Part shown: positions 18,842 to 26,634 of the stretch, in pieces
Numbering within the stretch: position 1 is the first letter of the stretch
Layout of the letters: each line of letters starts with the position of its first letter
DNA from: Terriglobia bacterium
Lineage (GTDB): Bacteria > Acidobacteriota > Terriglobia > 20CM-2-55-15
Direction of reading: 5' to 3'
Assembly (NCBI GenBank): GCA_965198225.1
Contig: CBDAOY010000008.1
Span: forward strand, 768,012-832,011
Length of the DNA stretch: 64,000 bases
The notes under the pieces: generated by a model
What the model was told of the DNA's origin: nothing
What the model saw: only the letters and a program-made list of their open reading frames with translations
Database searches by the model: none
Made by a program: the position numbers and the translations under genes

Positions 18842-19981
18842 TCATCGGCTTGAATTCGAGTTGGAGTTGCCGTTCGAGTTGGAGTTGCCGTTCGAATTGA
18901 AGTTGCCGTTCGAGTTGGAGTTGCTGTTCGAGTTGGAGTTGCTGTTCGAGTTGGAGTTGGAGTTGCTGTTGCTGTTGGAGTTGCCGTTCGAATTGGAGTT
19001 GGAGTTCGTGTTCGAGTTGGAGTTCGTGTTGCCACCACCACCATTGGCGTTGCCGCCATTGCCGTTGCCCCCGGAGGGCGTCGTCATGAAGCCGAGGATC
19101 CCGCTCCGCCGAAGCGTGACGTCGGAGCTGAGGGTCACGTTGATCTGATTACCCGAGACGGGGTGGTTCTGACTCGCGAAGGATGTGACCGAGAGGTTGA
19201 TCCGCGTGATATTGCCGAGGGTGCCGGTCGGAACCGAACTCTGTCCGCTACCGCCGCCGCTACCACCGCTGCCACCGCTACCGCCGTTCCCGTTGGAATT
19301 TGTGTTGCCGTTGGAGTTCGAATTCGTGTTGCCGTTCGAGTTCGTGTTGCCGTTCGAGTTTGAATTCGAGTTGGAGTTGCTGTTCGAGTTGGAGTTGCTG
19401 TTCTGGTTGGAGTTGCTGTTTGAGTTGGAATTGCCGTTCTGCGCTGCCAACGTGATGAAGCCCCATCGGCGGAGGAGTCGAGCGACGGGAGACGCCGTGG
19501 GTGACGGGGGATTGCTGACGAAGCTTCCGGCATCACCGGTCGACACGAAATACGCAAAGAGCAACGCCGAGATATTGGATGCCAGTTGCTGCGACGTCGC
19601 CGTGCCTGTCAGGGCACCGGTCGCGTCCAACGGTTGTGTCGTCCGTGTGATGATGTTGTTGGCGTAGCTGAACGTCACCCGTTCGACCGTTCCGTCATCA
19701 TTCGTGTCGCCCGAAAAGGCGACCGTGGACTGATCGGCCTGGGCGATCGGCGTCACACCGGCGGGAGTGTTGTAGCCGGCGGACAGCAATTCCCGCCCGA
19801 TGCGTTCGGCTGCGAGCCGGGAATTCTGGCCGGCCTCGAGCTGGGACTGCTGGATCTGATAGGTTCTCTGATTCTGGGTGACGAGGAGAAAGACCGCTCC
19901 GAGGACGACCATCAACACAGCCACAACGATCAAGACTTCCAGCAGGGTGAAACCTTTGCTTCCTCTCTGTGCAGCTCTCAT
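18842..19981 (-). CDS. PilW/GspJ-like prepilin-type minor pilin with a long Asn/Ser/Gly-rich repetitive C-terminal tail
   Basis: Class III signal ...SKG|FTLLEVLIVVAVLMVVLGAV; C-terminal (NSNSNG)n, GGSGGSGGSGGGSG and (NSNSNS)n tracts encoded by hexanucleotide repeats. Confidence 0.6.
   Translation of the reverse strand: MRAAQRGSKGFTLLEVLIVVAVLMVVLGAVFLLVTQNQRTYQIQQSQLEAGQNSRLAAERIGRELLSAGYNTPAGVTPIAQADQSTVAFSGDTNDDGTVERVTFSYANNIITRTTQPLDATGALTGTATSQQLASNISALLFAYFVSTGDAGSFVSNPPSPTASPVARLLRRWGFITLAAQNGNSNSNSNSNQNSNSNSNSNSNSNSNSNGNTNSNGNTNSNSNGNTNSNGNGGSGGSGGSGGGSGQSSVPTGTLGNITRINLSVTSFASQNHPVSGNQINVTLSSDVTLRRSGILGFMTTPSGGNGNGGNANGGGGNTNSNSNTNSNSNSNGNSNSNSNSNSNSNSNSNSNSNSNSNGNFNSNGNSNSNGNSNSNSSR
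18850..19032. repeat. Tandem hexanucleotide/18-nt repeat tract 1 (GAGTTG/GAGTTC units) inside the pilW-like gene
   Basis: gttcgagttggagttgccgttcgagttggagttgc... repeated; encodes (NSNSNG)n on the minus strand. Confidence 0.75.
19288..19440. repeat. Tandem hexanucleotide repeat tract 2 inside the pilW-like gene, preceded by a GGTAGCGGC repeat (19237-19290)
   Basis: gttggagttcgaattcgtgttgccgttcgagtt... encodes NSNSNSN; the GGS-coding repeat lies immediately upstream on the coding strand. Confidence 0.75.
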
Positions 19982-20000
19982 AGACAAACTCTCCCTCGTG

Positions 20001-20405
20001 TTACGGGGCCCGATAGGTTCGGGCCGAGAGGTCGATCGGCGATGTTCCACCGATACCGGTGATAACGGTCGTGGTCACCGTGATCTCTTTCATCCCGACG
20101 CCCGGGGAATCGACTGTGACGGTCCAGGATCGGGTGAAGGCAGCTCCTGTCTCGGAAGTTTGCGGAATCCCGTCATCGTCCAGAAAGTCATTTCCGCTCT
20201 GCAAGGAATCATACGATGTGGCCTTCAATTCCTCCATCTTTTGTCGCAGGGCGGAGGTCATCCTCGAGATGTCCTGACTGTTCTTCGTTCCGATGACACT
20301 GGTGCTCATCGCGCCGGCCACCGCGAGGACGCCCGTCATCAGGATGAGCGAGGCAAGCATCAACTCGATGAGGCTGAAGCCTCTCTGGCTACTGGATGCT
20401 GACAT
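20001..20405 (-). CDS. PilV/GspI-like prepilin-type minor pilin
   Basis: N-terminus MSASSSQRG|FSLIELMLASLILMTGVLAV is a prepilin cleavage/methylation motif; 134 aa. Confidence 0.65.
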   Translation of the reverse strand: MSASSSQRGFSLIELMLASLILMTGVLAVAGAMSTSVIGTKNSQDISRMTSALRQKMEELKATSYDSLQSGNDFLDDDGIPQTSETGAAFTRSWTVTVDSPGVGMKEITVTTTVITGIGGTSPIDLSARTYRAP

Positions 20406-20940
20406 GGCTGGTTCCGGACACGGTTACCTGGAGGCTGTTCCCCAGATCGTTCGTCACCGTGACGGTGTAGTTCGCGGTGATGTAATCATTGTTCAGATCC
20501 ACGACGTCGCCCGCGCTGTCGAACGAGATTGCGTGGACTCCTGCCGAGACCGTCGGCGCGTTCGAAGAAATGTCGACGCCGCTTGGAAGCACGATCGGGT
20601 CGCCGAGATCCGCGTAGACGGTGCCAGCCGTCAGGGAAAAGGGAGCCGTCGGGACGACGCGCTGTCGCTTGTAGGAATTGGCGTTCGTCGCCGACGTGGA
20701 GGCATAGAGCAGTATCCGATAGCCGGTGGTGTCCGAGATCGCGTCAAAGTGGCTGCGCTGAACCAGGGCGGCGATGCCGCGGGCCGACCCGTCGAGGACG
20801 TAGTTGGCGTTGATACTGGTCAGGTTCGGCACCGCTATGGCCAACACGATCAGCATGATAGCGATAACCATCGCTACTTCGAGCAAGCTGAAGCCGCGGT
20901 TTGTTCGAGCCAATCCTTTACCTCCTCCAGTTTGCCGCAA
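20389..20940 (-). CDS. FimT/FimU/GspH-like prepilin-type minor pilin
   Basis: ...TNRG|FSLLEVAMVIAIMLIVLAIAV; an internal TTG at about 20910 with an 8-nt GGAGGAGG RBS may be the real start (7-aa leader). Confidence 0.65.
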   Translation of the reverse strand: MRQTGGGKGLARTNRGFSLLEVAMVIAIMLIVLAIAVPNLTSINANYVLDGSARGIAALVQRSHFDAISDTTGYRILLYASTSATNANSYKRQRVVPTAPFSLTAGTVYADLGDPIVLPSGVDISSNAPTVSAGVHAISFDSAGDVVDLNNDYITANYTVTVTNDLGNSLQVTVSGTSHVSIQ

Positions 20941-21005
20941 TCAAACGCGCAAACGGAGCATCTGGGCCCGAGGGGGCCGTCAAACATCAATCCATCGAGT
21001 GGAAT

Positions 21006-21021
21006 GGCAGTTTCGGTTCCA
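21006..21021 (-). promoter_or_regulatory. Candidate sigma-54 (-24/-12) promoter for the minor-pilin operon
   Basis: Minus-strand TGGAACCGAAACTGCC has GG-N10-GC spacing (consensus TGGCAC-N5-TTGCW), about 70-100 nt upstream of the fimT-like start. Confidence 0.25.
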
Positions 21022-21383
21022 AAACTCGACCACTCATGGTGTGAGATGTCCGGTTCCCCTAGGGGCCGGCGCAAGAGCCCCCTTTTTTAAGGATAGAACA
21101 ACGCGATTATACGAACGGGACGGAACGACTGTAAAGCGGATATTGGAGTAGGATAGCGTCCTAGACACAACGACTTGTCGTTCTTGCGCGCTTTTGACTC
21201 AGAACTTTGTCGCTAGGAGAGTGCCCCGGCACGGACGGCTTCGCGGCATTGCCAGCGCGGATCGAACGGCTACTCTTGTCAGCGCCGAACCAGACGCTCG
21301 GCCTCTGCGGGGTCGGCGAGGCAGTCAGAGCGTTGACAGCCTGAGGGTGGTCGCATCCGATGGGGCCGTCTATCGCACCCGAC

Positions 21384-22376
21384 TCAGGGGAGACGCTCAA
21401 CAAGTCGGGAGTGGAGATCCGCCAGGACCACCTCGGCGGCGCCCTGGATCGAGACATCCAACTGCGCGGAGACGGCTGTCGCTTCGAGATTGATTTCCGC
21501 GCACCCGAAGGTGGAGATCCGCGTGAGACATCCCTTTGCTTCGAGATTGATTTCCGCAGCAAAGGCTCCGCGTGCCTTTGCGGTACTGCTGAGCGATGCT
21601 GCAGGGTAGACGACCGACGAGGTCCCAACGGTCAGGAATACGTCGCAGACCAGGGCCCCGGTCGCCTGCTCGAGCGTTTCCGAGGCGATTCCTTCACCGA
21701 ACCAGACGACACCGGGTCGGATGGGGCCATCACAGTGCGGGCATGTCGGCGGCAGCTTCTCGAACGTCGTCGTTTCGTCGAGCCACTTCGGTGGCGAGGA
21801 CGGGCAATCGTTCCAGCAAGAGACCTCCCAGATCGATCCGTGGAAGCGAACCACGTTGCTCGTGCCGGCTCGCTCGTGGAGGCCGTCGATGTTCTGAGTG
21901 ATCAGGGTGAACTCGGGATAGCGATGGCTCCAATCCGCGATGACTTCGTGGGCCCGGTTGGGCCTGCAGGCCGCGATCTTTTCCCTGCGCCACTGATACC
22001 ATTCCCATACGAGTTGCGGGTTCTCTGCGAATGCCTGGGGTGTGGCGAGGCTTTCCGGACGGTAGGACTTCCACAGGCCTTCCTGGCCACGAAAAGTGGG
22101 GACGCCGCTGGCTGCCGACACGCCCGCACCGGTCAACACGGTGAGGCTTCGCGCACCGTCCAGGGCGTCGACGATCCGATCGAGTGGGTCCTCCACTGCG
22201 GAGGATTGTAGAATGGGGACATCGTTCCGCAAGGATTTGTTGAGGGCAAAAAACAATAGGGGCGGACCGGCTCCGTGCTCGATCGATCTTGGTGGTTTAA
22301 AGCGCCTGCCGTTGAACACCGCAATCTGCGACACAGTCGGCGGAGACCTACTTCCGGATAGCGACGATAGTCGCAT
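21384..22376 (-). CDS. cobB: NAD-dependent protein deacylase, sirtuin (CobB/Sir2 family)
   Basis: ...LTGAGVSAASGVPTFRG..., ...QNIDGLHERAG..., Zn ribbon CWNDC...CPHCDG; the start could also be the GTG near 22199; the C-terminal region carries a 20-bp direct repeat (21482/21539) and a hairpin (21560-21582). Confidence 0.75.
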   Translation of the reverse strand: MRLSSLSGSRSPPTVSQIAVFNGRRFKPPRSIEHGAGPPLLFFALNKSLRNDVPILQSSAVEDPLDRIVDALDGARSLTVLTGAGVSAASGVPTFRGQEGLWKSYRPESLATPQAFAENPQLVWEWYQWRREKIAACRPNRAHEVIADWSHRYPEFTLITQNIDGLHERAGTSNVVRFHGSIWEVSCWNDCPSSPPKWLDETTTFEKLPPTCPHCDGPIRPGVVWFGEGIASETLEQATGALVCDVFLTVGTSSVVYPAASLSSTAKARGAFAAEINLEAKGCLTRISTFGCAEINLEATAVSAQLDVSIQGAAEVVLADLHSRLVERLP

Positions 22377-22570
22377 CCGATCGAGCTGAAGGCTGAACGC
22401 TGATCGCCCACCTGCCCGGATTTTGTGGACAGGAGCTCGTGTCCGATTGATTATTAAGCCGAACGACTTAAACGGGACGAATGCCACCGGGGTCTATCCG
22501 GTAAGCGAGCTCTCGGAAGCTCGCGGTCGCACGATGGTTCGGAAGACACTCAGTTCTGGATGAATCGCCA

Positions 22571-23806
22571 ATGAAGAACGCGAAACTGCACGCCTTCAAC
22601 AGACTCGCATTTGGGCCGCGGCAGGAAGATCTCGATCGCGATCTGGTCGATCTTCAGGAACACGTCGAGGTCCAGCTCCACCCGGCCGACATCGCCGACC
22701 AGGCGATAGAGCAGCGGCTGGCGACCCTGGAAACGCTCGGCATGTCGCCCCTGGAGTTCCTGAGGAAGTATCCCGGGCGCCGGGACTGGCGGATCGGTTT
22801 GCAGCAGCTGACGGCCGCAAAGCTGCTGCGCGCCGTCCAAAGCGAATGCCAGCTCCGGGAAGTGATGGTCGACTTCTGGTTCAATCACTTCAACGTATTC
22901 GCGGGTAAAGGTGCATGCCGGCTCCTGGTTTCTTCCTACGAGAGAGACGCCATCCGCCCGTACGTCTTCGGAAAGTTTCGCGAACTGGTGTCGGCGACGG
23001 CGCGCCACCCTGCGATGCTGTTCTACCTGGACAACTGGCTGAGCGCGTCGCCCGACGCCGAGCCGCGTGGGCGTCGTCGTGGGCTCAACGAGAACTATGC
23101 CCGGGAGTTGATGGAACTGCACACGCTCGGCGTCGATGGTGGCTACACGCAGGAAGACGTCGTCGCCGTGGCGCGCGCCTTCACCGGCTGGACGATAGAG
23201 GCCCCCCGGCGCCCGAGCTTCATGTTTGCCCCACCGCTGCATGACGACGGTGCCAAGACCGTCCTTGGCAGGGCGATAGACGGCGGCGGGATGCGGGATG
23301 GCGAACAGGTGATCGATGTGCTCTGTGGTCACCCGTCTGCGGCGCGGTTTGTCGCGACCAAATTGATTCGGCGTTTCGTCTCCGACGATCCCCCTGCGGC
23401 GCTGGTGGAGAGTGTGGCGCGGACGTTTACCCGGACGGATGGCGACATCCGGGAGATGCTCCGCGTGGTGATCCATTCGCGGGAGTTCGCCGAATCGGAA
23501 CAGCAGAAGGTCAAGACGCCGTTCGAGTTCGTCATCAGCGCCGTGCGTGCGCTCGGAGCCGAGGTGAGCAATCCCGGTATTCTCGCGCGGTTCCTGCAGC
23601 GGATGGGTCAGCCGCTCTACATGGCCATACCGCCGACCGGCTACTCCGACGAGGCGGCCGATTGGATGAGCTCCGGCACGCTGATGTTGCGTCTCAACTT
23701 CGTGGCGCAGATCGCTGCGGGGCGATCGCGGGGAATTCAGCTCGACGGGCGCGAGCCGGAGCAGATCGTCAGGAATCTGGGGACGCCGGAGTTTCAGCGG
23801 CGCTAG
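22571..23806 (+). CDS. DUF1800 family protein
   Basis: ...WFNHFNVFAGKGACRLLVSSYERDAIRPYVFGKFRELVSATARHPAMLFYLDNWLS... is the diagnostic DUF1800 block; pairs with a DUF1501 gene. Confidence 0.7.
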   Translation: MKNAKLHAFNRLAFGPRQEDLDRDLVDLQEHVEVQLHPADIADQAIEQRLATLETLGMSPLEFLRKYPGRRDWRIGLQQLTAAKLLRAVQSECQLREVMVDFWFNHFNVFAGKGACRLLVSSYERDAIRPYVFGKFRELVSATARHPAMLFYLDNWLSASPDAEPRGRRRGLNENYARELMELHTLGVDGGYTQEDVVAVARAFTGWTIEAPRRPSFMFAPPLHDDGAKTVLGRAIDGGGMRDGEQVIDVLCGHPSAARFVATKLIRRFVSDDPPAALVESVARTFTRTDGDIREMLRVVIHSREFAESEQQKVKTPFEFVISAVRALGAEVSNPGILARFLQRMGQPLYMAIPPTGYSDEAADWMSSGTLMLRLNFVAQIAAGRSRGIQLDGREPEQIVRNLGTPEFQRR

Positions 23807-24077
23807 CAGCCCGTGGCAGAACTCTGCAGGGCCGCGTTACGGCCAAACGGGGACCGGATTCTAGGAGGCGAGGACGAAACAATGCTCATTCATTGGGAGG
23901 AGTCGGCGACAACGAAGACGGCCCCATTTCGCCGTAACCCGAAGGGCGCAGGGGGGGGCGGGCCGCAGGCTTTGTCGCTCGTCGGTCACGATGAATGATC
24001 ATCGCTCCGCTCCTCTCTTCGCGCCTGCAACCCGAAGACCCCTGCGCGCGACCCTCCAGAGTTCTGCCACGGGCTGC
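23806..24077. mobile_element. MITE copy D: same roughly 210-bp core as copies A/B/C but different 30-bp termini (GCAGCCCGTGGCAGAACTCTGCAGGGCCGC ... inverted), with TA duplication
   Basis: Core blocks cggattctaggag, aatgct..ttcattg.gagg, cgaca.cgaagacggc, ctttgtcg and gtcac.gatgaa.ga.catcgct are shared with 14062-14336; flanked by TA/TA; sits between the DUF1800 and DUF1501 genes. Confidence 0.55.
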
Positions 24078-24122
24078 TATAGGGATGTTATTTCTGATTC
24101 AGGACGCCAGTTGGGTGAGGGA

Positions 24123-25346
24123 ATGGGCTTGACCAAGGAGTTTCGCATGGATCGCAGGAGTTTCCTGAAAGGTACCGGTGCATCGATCGTCACGCTCGGG
24201 TTTGCCCCTCGACTGGTGTGGGGCCAGGCGGCACGGCCCAAGGTGGTCGTGTCGGTGTTCCAGAGAGGTGCCGTGGACGGGTTGAATATGGTCGTCCCGT
24301 TCGCCGAGCAAACCTACTACGACAGCAGACCCAACATCGCGATCCCGATGCCTTCGCGTGAAGGGGAGGGGAAGGCTCTGGATCTGGACGGTTTCTTCGC
24401 CTTCCACCCTGCGATGGCTCCCCTGAAGCCCCTCTTCGAGGAGGAACGGCTCGCCGTGGTTCATGCCGCCGGTTCGCACGACCCCACGCGATCGCACTTC
24501 GACGCCCAGGACTACATGGAGTCGGCGACTCCTGGTGTGAAGAGCACCCGCGACGGCTGGATGAACCGCTACCTTCAGAGTGCTGCCGGTGACGCCAGTC
24601 CCCTTCGGGGTATGTCGATCGGCCGCAGCCTGCCCCGCACGCTCGCCGGGCGCTCGGCGACATTCTCTCTGGGTTCACTGGCGGAAGCCCGCCTGAACGG
24701 GCCCGCGCGTCTGTATAGGGAACTCTTCCAGGGTGAGCGGGAAGACATCGTTTCTCAGGCGTCGGTCGAGCTGTTCGAGACCCTGGACTTTCTCGAAGGC
24801 AAGCGTCTGGAAGACTACTCCCCCTCGGTCGACTATCCCAACGGACGGTTCCCTGCCGCCATGCGCGATGTGGCGCAGTTGATCAAGACCGACGTCGGGC
24901 TGGAAACGGCGTTCGTCGAGATTGGCGGGTGGGATCATCATGCCAACGAGGGTGGGACACGCGGCCAGATTGCGAATCGACTCCGCGAGTTCTCGGGTGG
25001 ACTGCGCGCTTTCTACGACGATCTCGGCGATCGGGTCGAAGACGTGGTCGTGGTCACGATGTCGGAATTCGGCCGGACCGTACGCGAGAACGGCAACCGC
25101 GGGACCGACCACGGCCACGCCAACGCCATGCTCGTCCTGGGGGGACCGGTGCGCGGCGGCAAGGTCTACGGTAAATGGCCCGGGCTCGAAACCGAGAAAC
25201 TCCATGAAGGGCGGGATCTGGCCGTAACCACCGACTTCAGGAACGTCCTGGCCGAAGTCTTGGCCGAGCATCTCGGAGCGGGCGACCTGGATGGTGTATT
25301 TCCGGACTTCGAGATTGCGAAACCGTTCGGTCTCATCCAGGCCTAG
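24123..25346 (+). CDS. DUF1501 family protein (Tat-signal, sulfatase/phosphatase-like fold)
   Basis: MDRRSFLKGTGASIVTLGFA twin-arginine motif; the listed ORF start at 23991 runs through the MITE, so it is trimmed to MGLTKEF (24123) or MDRRSF (24147). Confidence 0.7.
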   Translation: MGLTKEFRMDRRSFLKGTGASIVTLGFAPRLVWGQAARPKVVVSVFQRGAVDGLNMVVPFAEQTYYDSRPNIAIPMPSREGEGKALDLDGFFAFHPAMAPLKPLFEEERLAVVHAAGSHDPTRSHFDAQDYMESATPGVKSTRDGWMNRYLQSAAGDASPLRGMSIGRSLPRTLAGRSATFSLGSLAEARLNGPARLYRELFQGEREDIVSQASVELFETLDFLEGKRLEDYSPSVDYPNGRFPAAMRDVAQLIKTDVGLETAFVEIGGWDHHANEGGTRGQIANRLREFSGGLRAFYDDLGDRVEDVVVVTMSEFGRTVRENGNRGTDHGHANAMLVLGGPVRGGKVYGKWPGLETEKLHEGRDLAVTTDFRNVLAEVLAEHLGAGDLDGVFPDFEIAKPFGLIQA

Positions 25347-25400
25347 GCGTTCTGGGGCTTTCGTCCCCCGAAAGCTTGCCTTGGCGATTGTAGGCGGATC

Positions 25401-25964
25401 TCAGCGGCGAATTTTGCCGGTGATCACTTTGATCGTCTGAAGTTCGCTGTCGATGATCCGAAGCAGACGGATGTCGACGATGTCTGGAGACCGCACGACC
25501 CGGCGGAGTTTTGGCCGAAGGCTACTGACGAGTCGCGAAATGAGCGTCAGTTTGCGGAAAAGCGGCATCGCCTCCAGGTTCTCGGGCCGCAGCCGGGGGT
25601 TTGGCGCAAACTCCACCAGGTACGACGCCACTTTGTCGATTCTGTCTTCCAGATCTTCGGCCGTCTCTTTCGCCTCGTCGATCGCCCACGTCGCGCCTTC
25701 TGGCGCGTAACGATAAGACAGAATGTCGCGGGCCGACGCGTAAAAATCGTTGATGCTGGACACGAATGCCTCTATGTCCCCCCGTTCGTCCAGGCGGCCG
25801 ATGGTCCATGGCGCAGGCAACCCTTCCTCGATCCCCTCCCAATGAGTCCGGATCACCTCGTCCAGGCTCAACTCCCGCAGGAGGTCGTCCGGGCGCTGCC
25901 CGTAGGCCGGGATCGCGCAGGCAATCGCAAGGGTGATGAAGGCTGTCCGTGTTCGGGAAGTCAT
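25401..25964 (-). CDS. Hypothetical secreted protein (signal peptide)
   Basis: MTSRTRTAFITLAIACAIPAYGQ signal; no recognisable domain. Confidence 0.45.
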   Translation of the reverse strand: MTSRTRTAFITLAIACAIPAYGQRPDDLLRELSLDEVIRTHWEGIEEGLPAPWTIGRLDERGDIEAFVSSINDFYASARDILSYRYAPEGATWAIDEAKETAEDLEDRIDKVASYLVEFAPNPRLRPENLEAMPLFRKLTLISRLVSSLRPKLRRVVRSPDIVDIRLLRIIDSELQTIKVITGKIRR

Positions 25965-26061
25965 GGCCGTCTCAAGGGTACTATGACGAATTCAGTGTAT
26001 CCAAGACCGTTCGCACCCTCCGTAATTCACAACACGAACCTGCGTATAATCTGTGAAATGA

Positions 26062-26179
26062 ATTCGGGGACGGAGACCGAATTCAGGTGAGGATTGAGAT
26101 CAGGGACGGAGACCGAACTCTTGGGAACCGAAAATCAACGGTTTGATAGTCCGGATAATTCGGTCTCCGTCCCCGAATT
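26062..26179. repeat. 118-bp element bounded by a perfect 23-bp inverted repeat AATTCGGGGACGGAGACCGAATT, with a third internal GGGACGGAGACCGAAC copy
   Basis: Perfect terminal IRs; an internal AACCG-aaaatca-CGGTT hairpin; about 27 nt upstream of the PCD RBS/ATG. Confidence 0.5.
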
Positions 26180-26206
26180 TAGCGAAGAACAGGAGGAGTG
26201 AAGAGA

Positions 26207-26526
26207 TGGGTCTTTCCGACAAAACCTGCATCCCATGCCGGGGAGGAATTCCGCCGCTTACTGCGGACGAGATCACCCCTCTGGCCGCCGAGGTGGCGAC
26301 ATGGTCGGTTGTCGATGATCACCACATCGAGAGGAAATTCGAATTCCCCGACTTCAGCGCCGCGCTGGAGTTCGTGAACAGCGTTGGAGGGATCGCTGAA
26401 GCAGAAGGGCACCATCCCGACATCTACCTGGCATGGGGCAAGGTTGGCGTGACGATCTGGACGCACAAGATCGACGGACTTACCGAGAGCGATTTTATCC
26501 TCGCGGCCAAGATCGACAAGATCTGA
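26207..26526 (+). CDS. phhB: Pterin-4a-carbinolamine dehydratase (PCD/DCoH)
   Basis: ...FEFPDFSAALEFVNSVGGIAEAEGHHPDIYLAWGKV... with the diagnostic EGHHPD motif; AGGAGG RBS; ORF 26143 trimmed to Met at 26207. Confidence 0.8.
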
Positions 26527-26634
26527 CCGGCCGGTTCAGCGCGCGCTTGAGGCCGGCCGTGATTGGCTGACAGGGTAGGTGATCCCTGCTAACATTTCGT
26601 CGAATTCATCCACGAGAAGTTGTAGGAGGTAGAC

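Noticed and set aside
18842-19440. CRISPR array suspected from periodic repeats
   Set aside because: The period is 6/18 nt with no unique spacers. The repeats lie within a protein-coding frame and encode Asn/Ser repeats.
21384-22487. SIR2-domain protein as a defence-system effector (Thoeris ThsA / DSR-like)
   Set aside because: The sequence has the full canonical sirtuin catalytic core, Zn ribbon and CobB-like C-terminus. There is no SLOG/TIR partner and no fused effector domain, which fits housekeeping CobB.
23807-24077. Retron-like ncRNA (inverted repeats flanking a roughly 200-nt structured core)
   Set aside because: No reverse-transcriptase gene is adjacent to any copy. Copies are dispersed in both orientations with TA target duplications, which fits a MITE.
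23991-24122. N-terminal extension of the DUF1501 gene (start at 23991)
   Set aside because: The extension is encoded by MITE copy D. A Tat-type signal begins at MDRRSF downstream, so the start was moved to 24123/24147.
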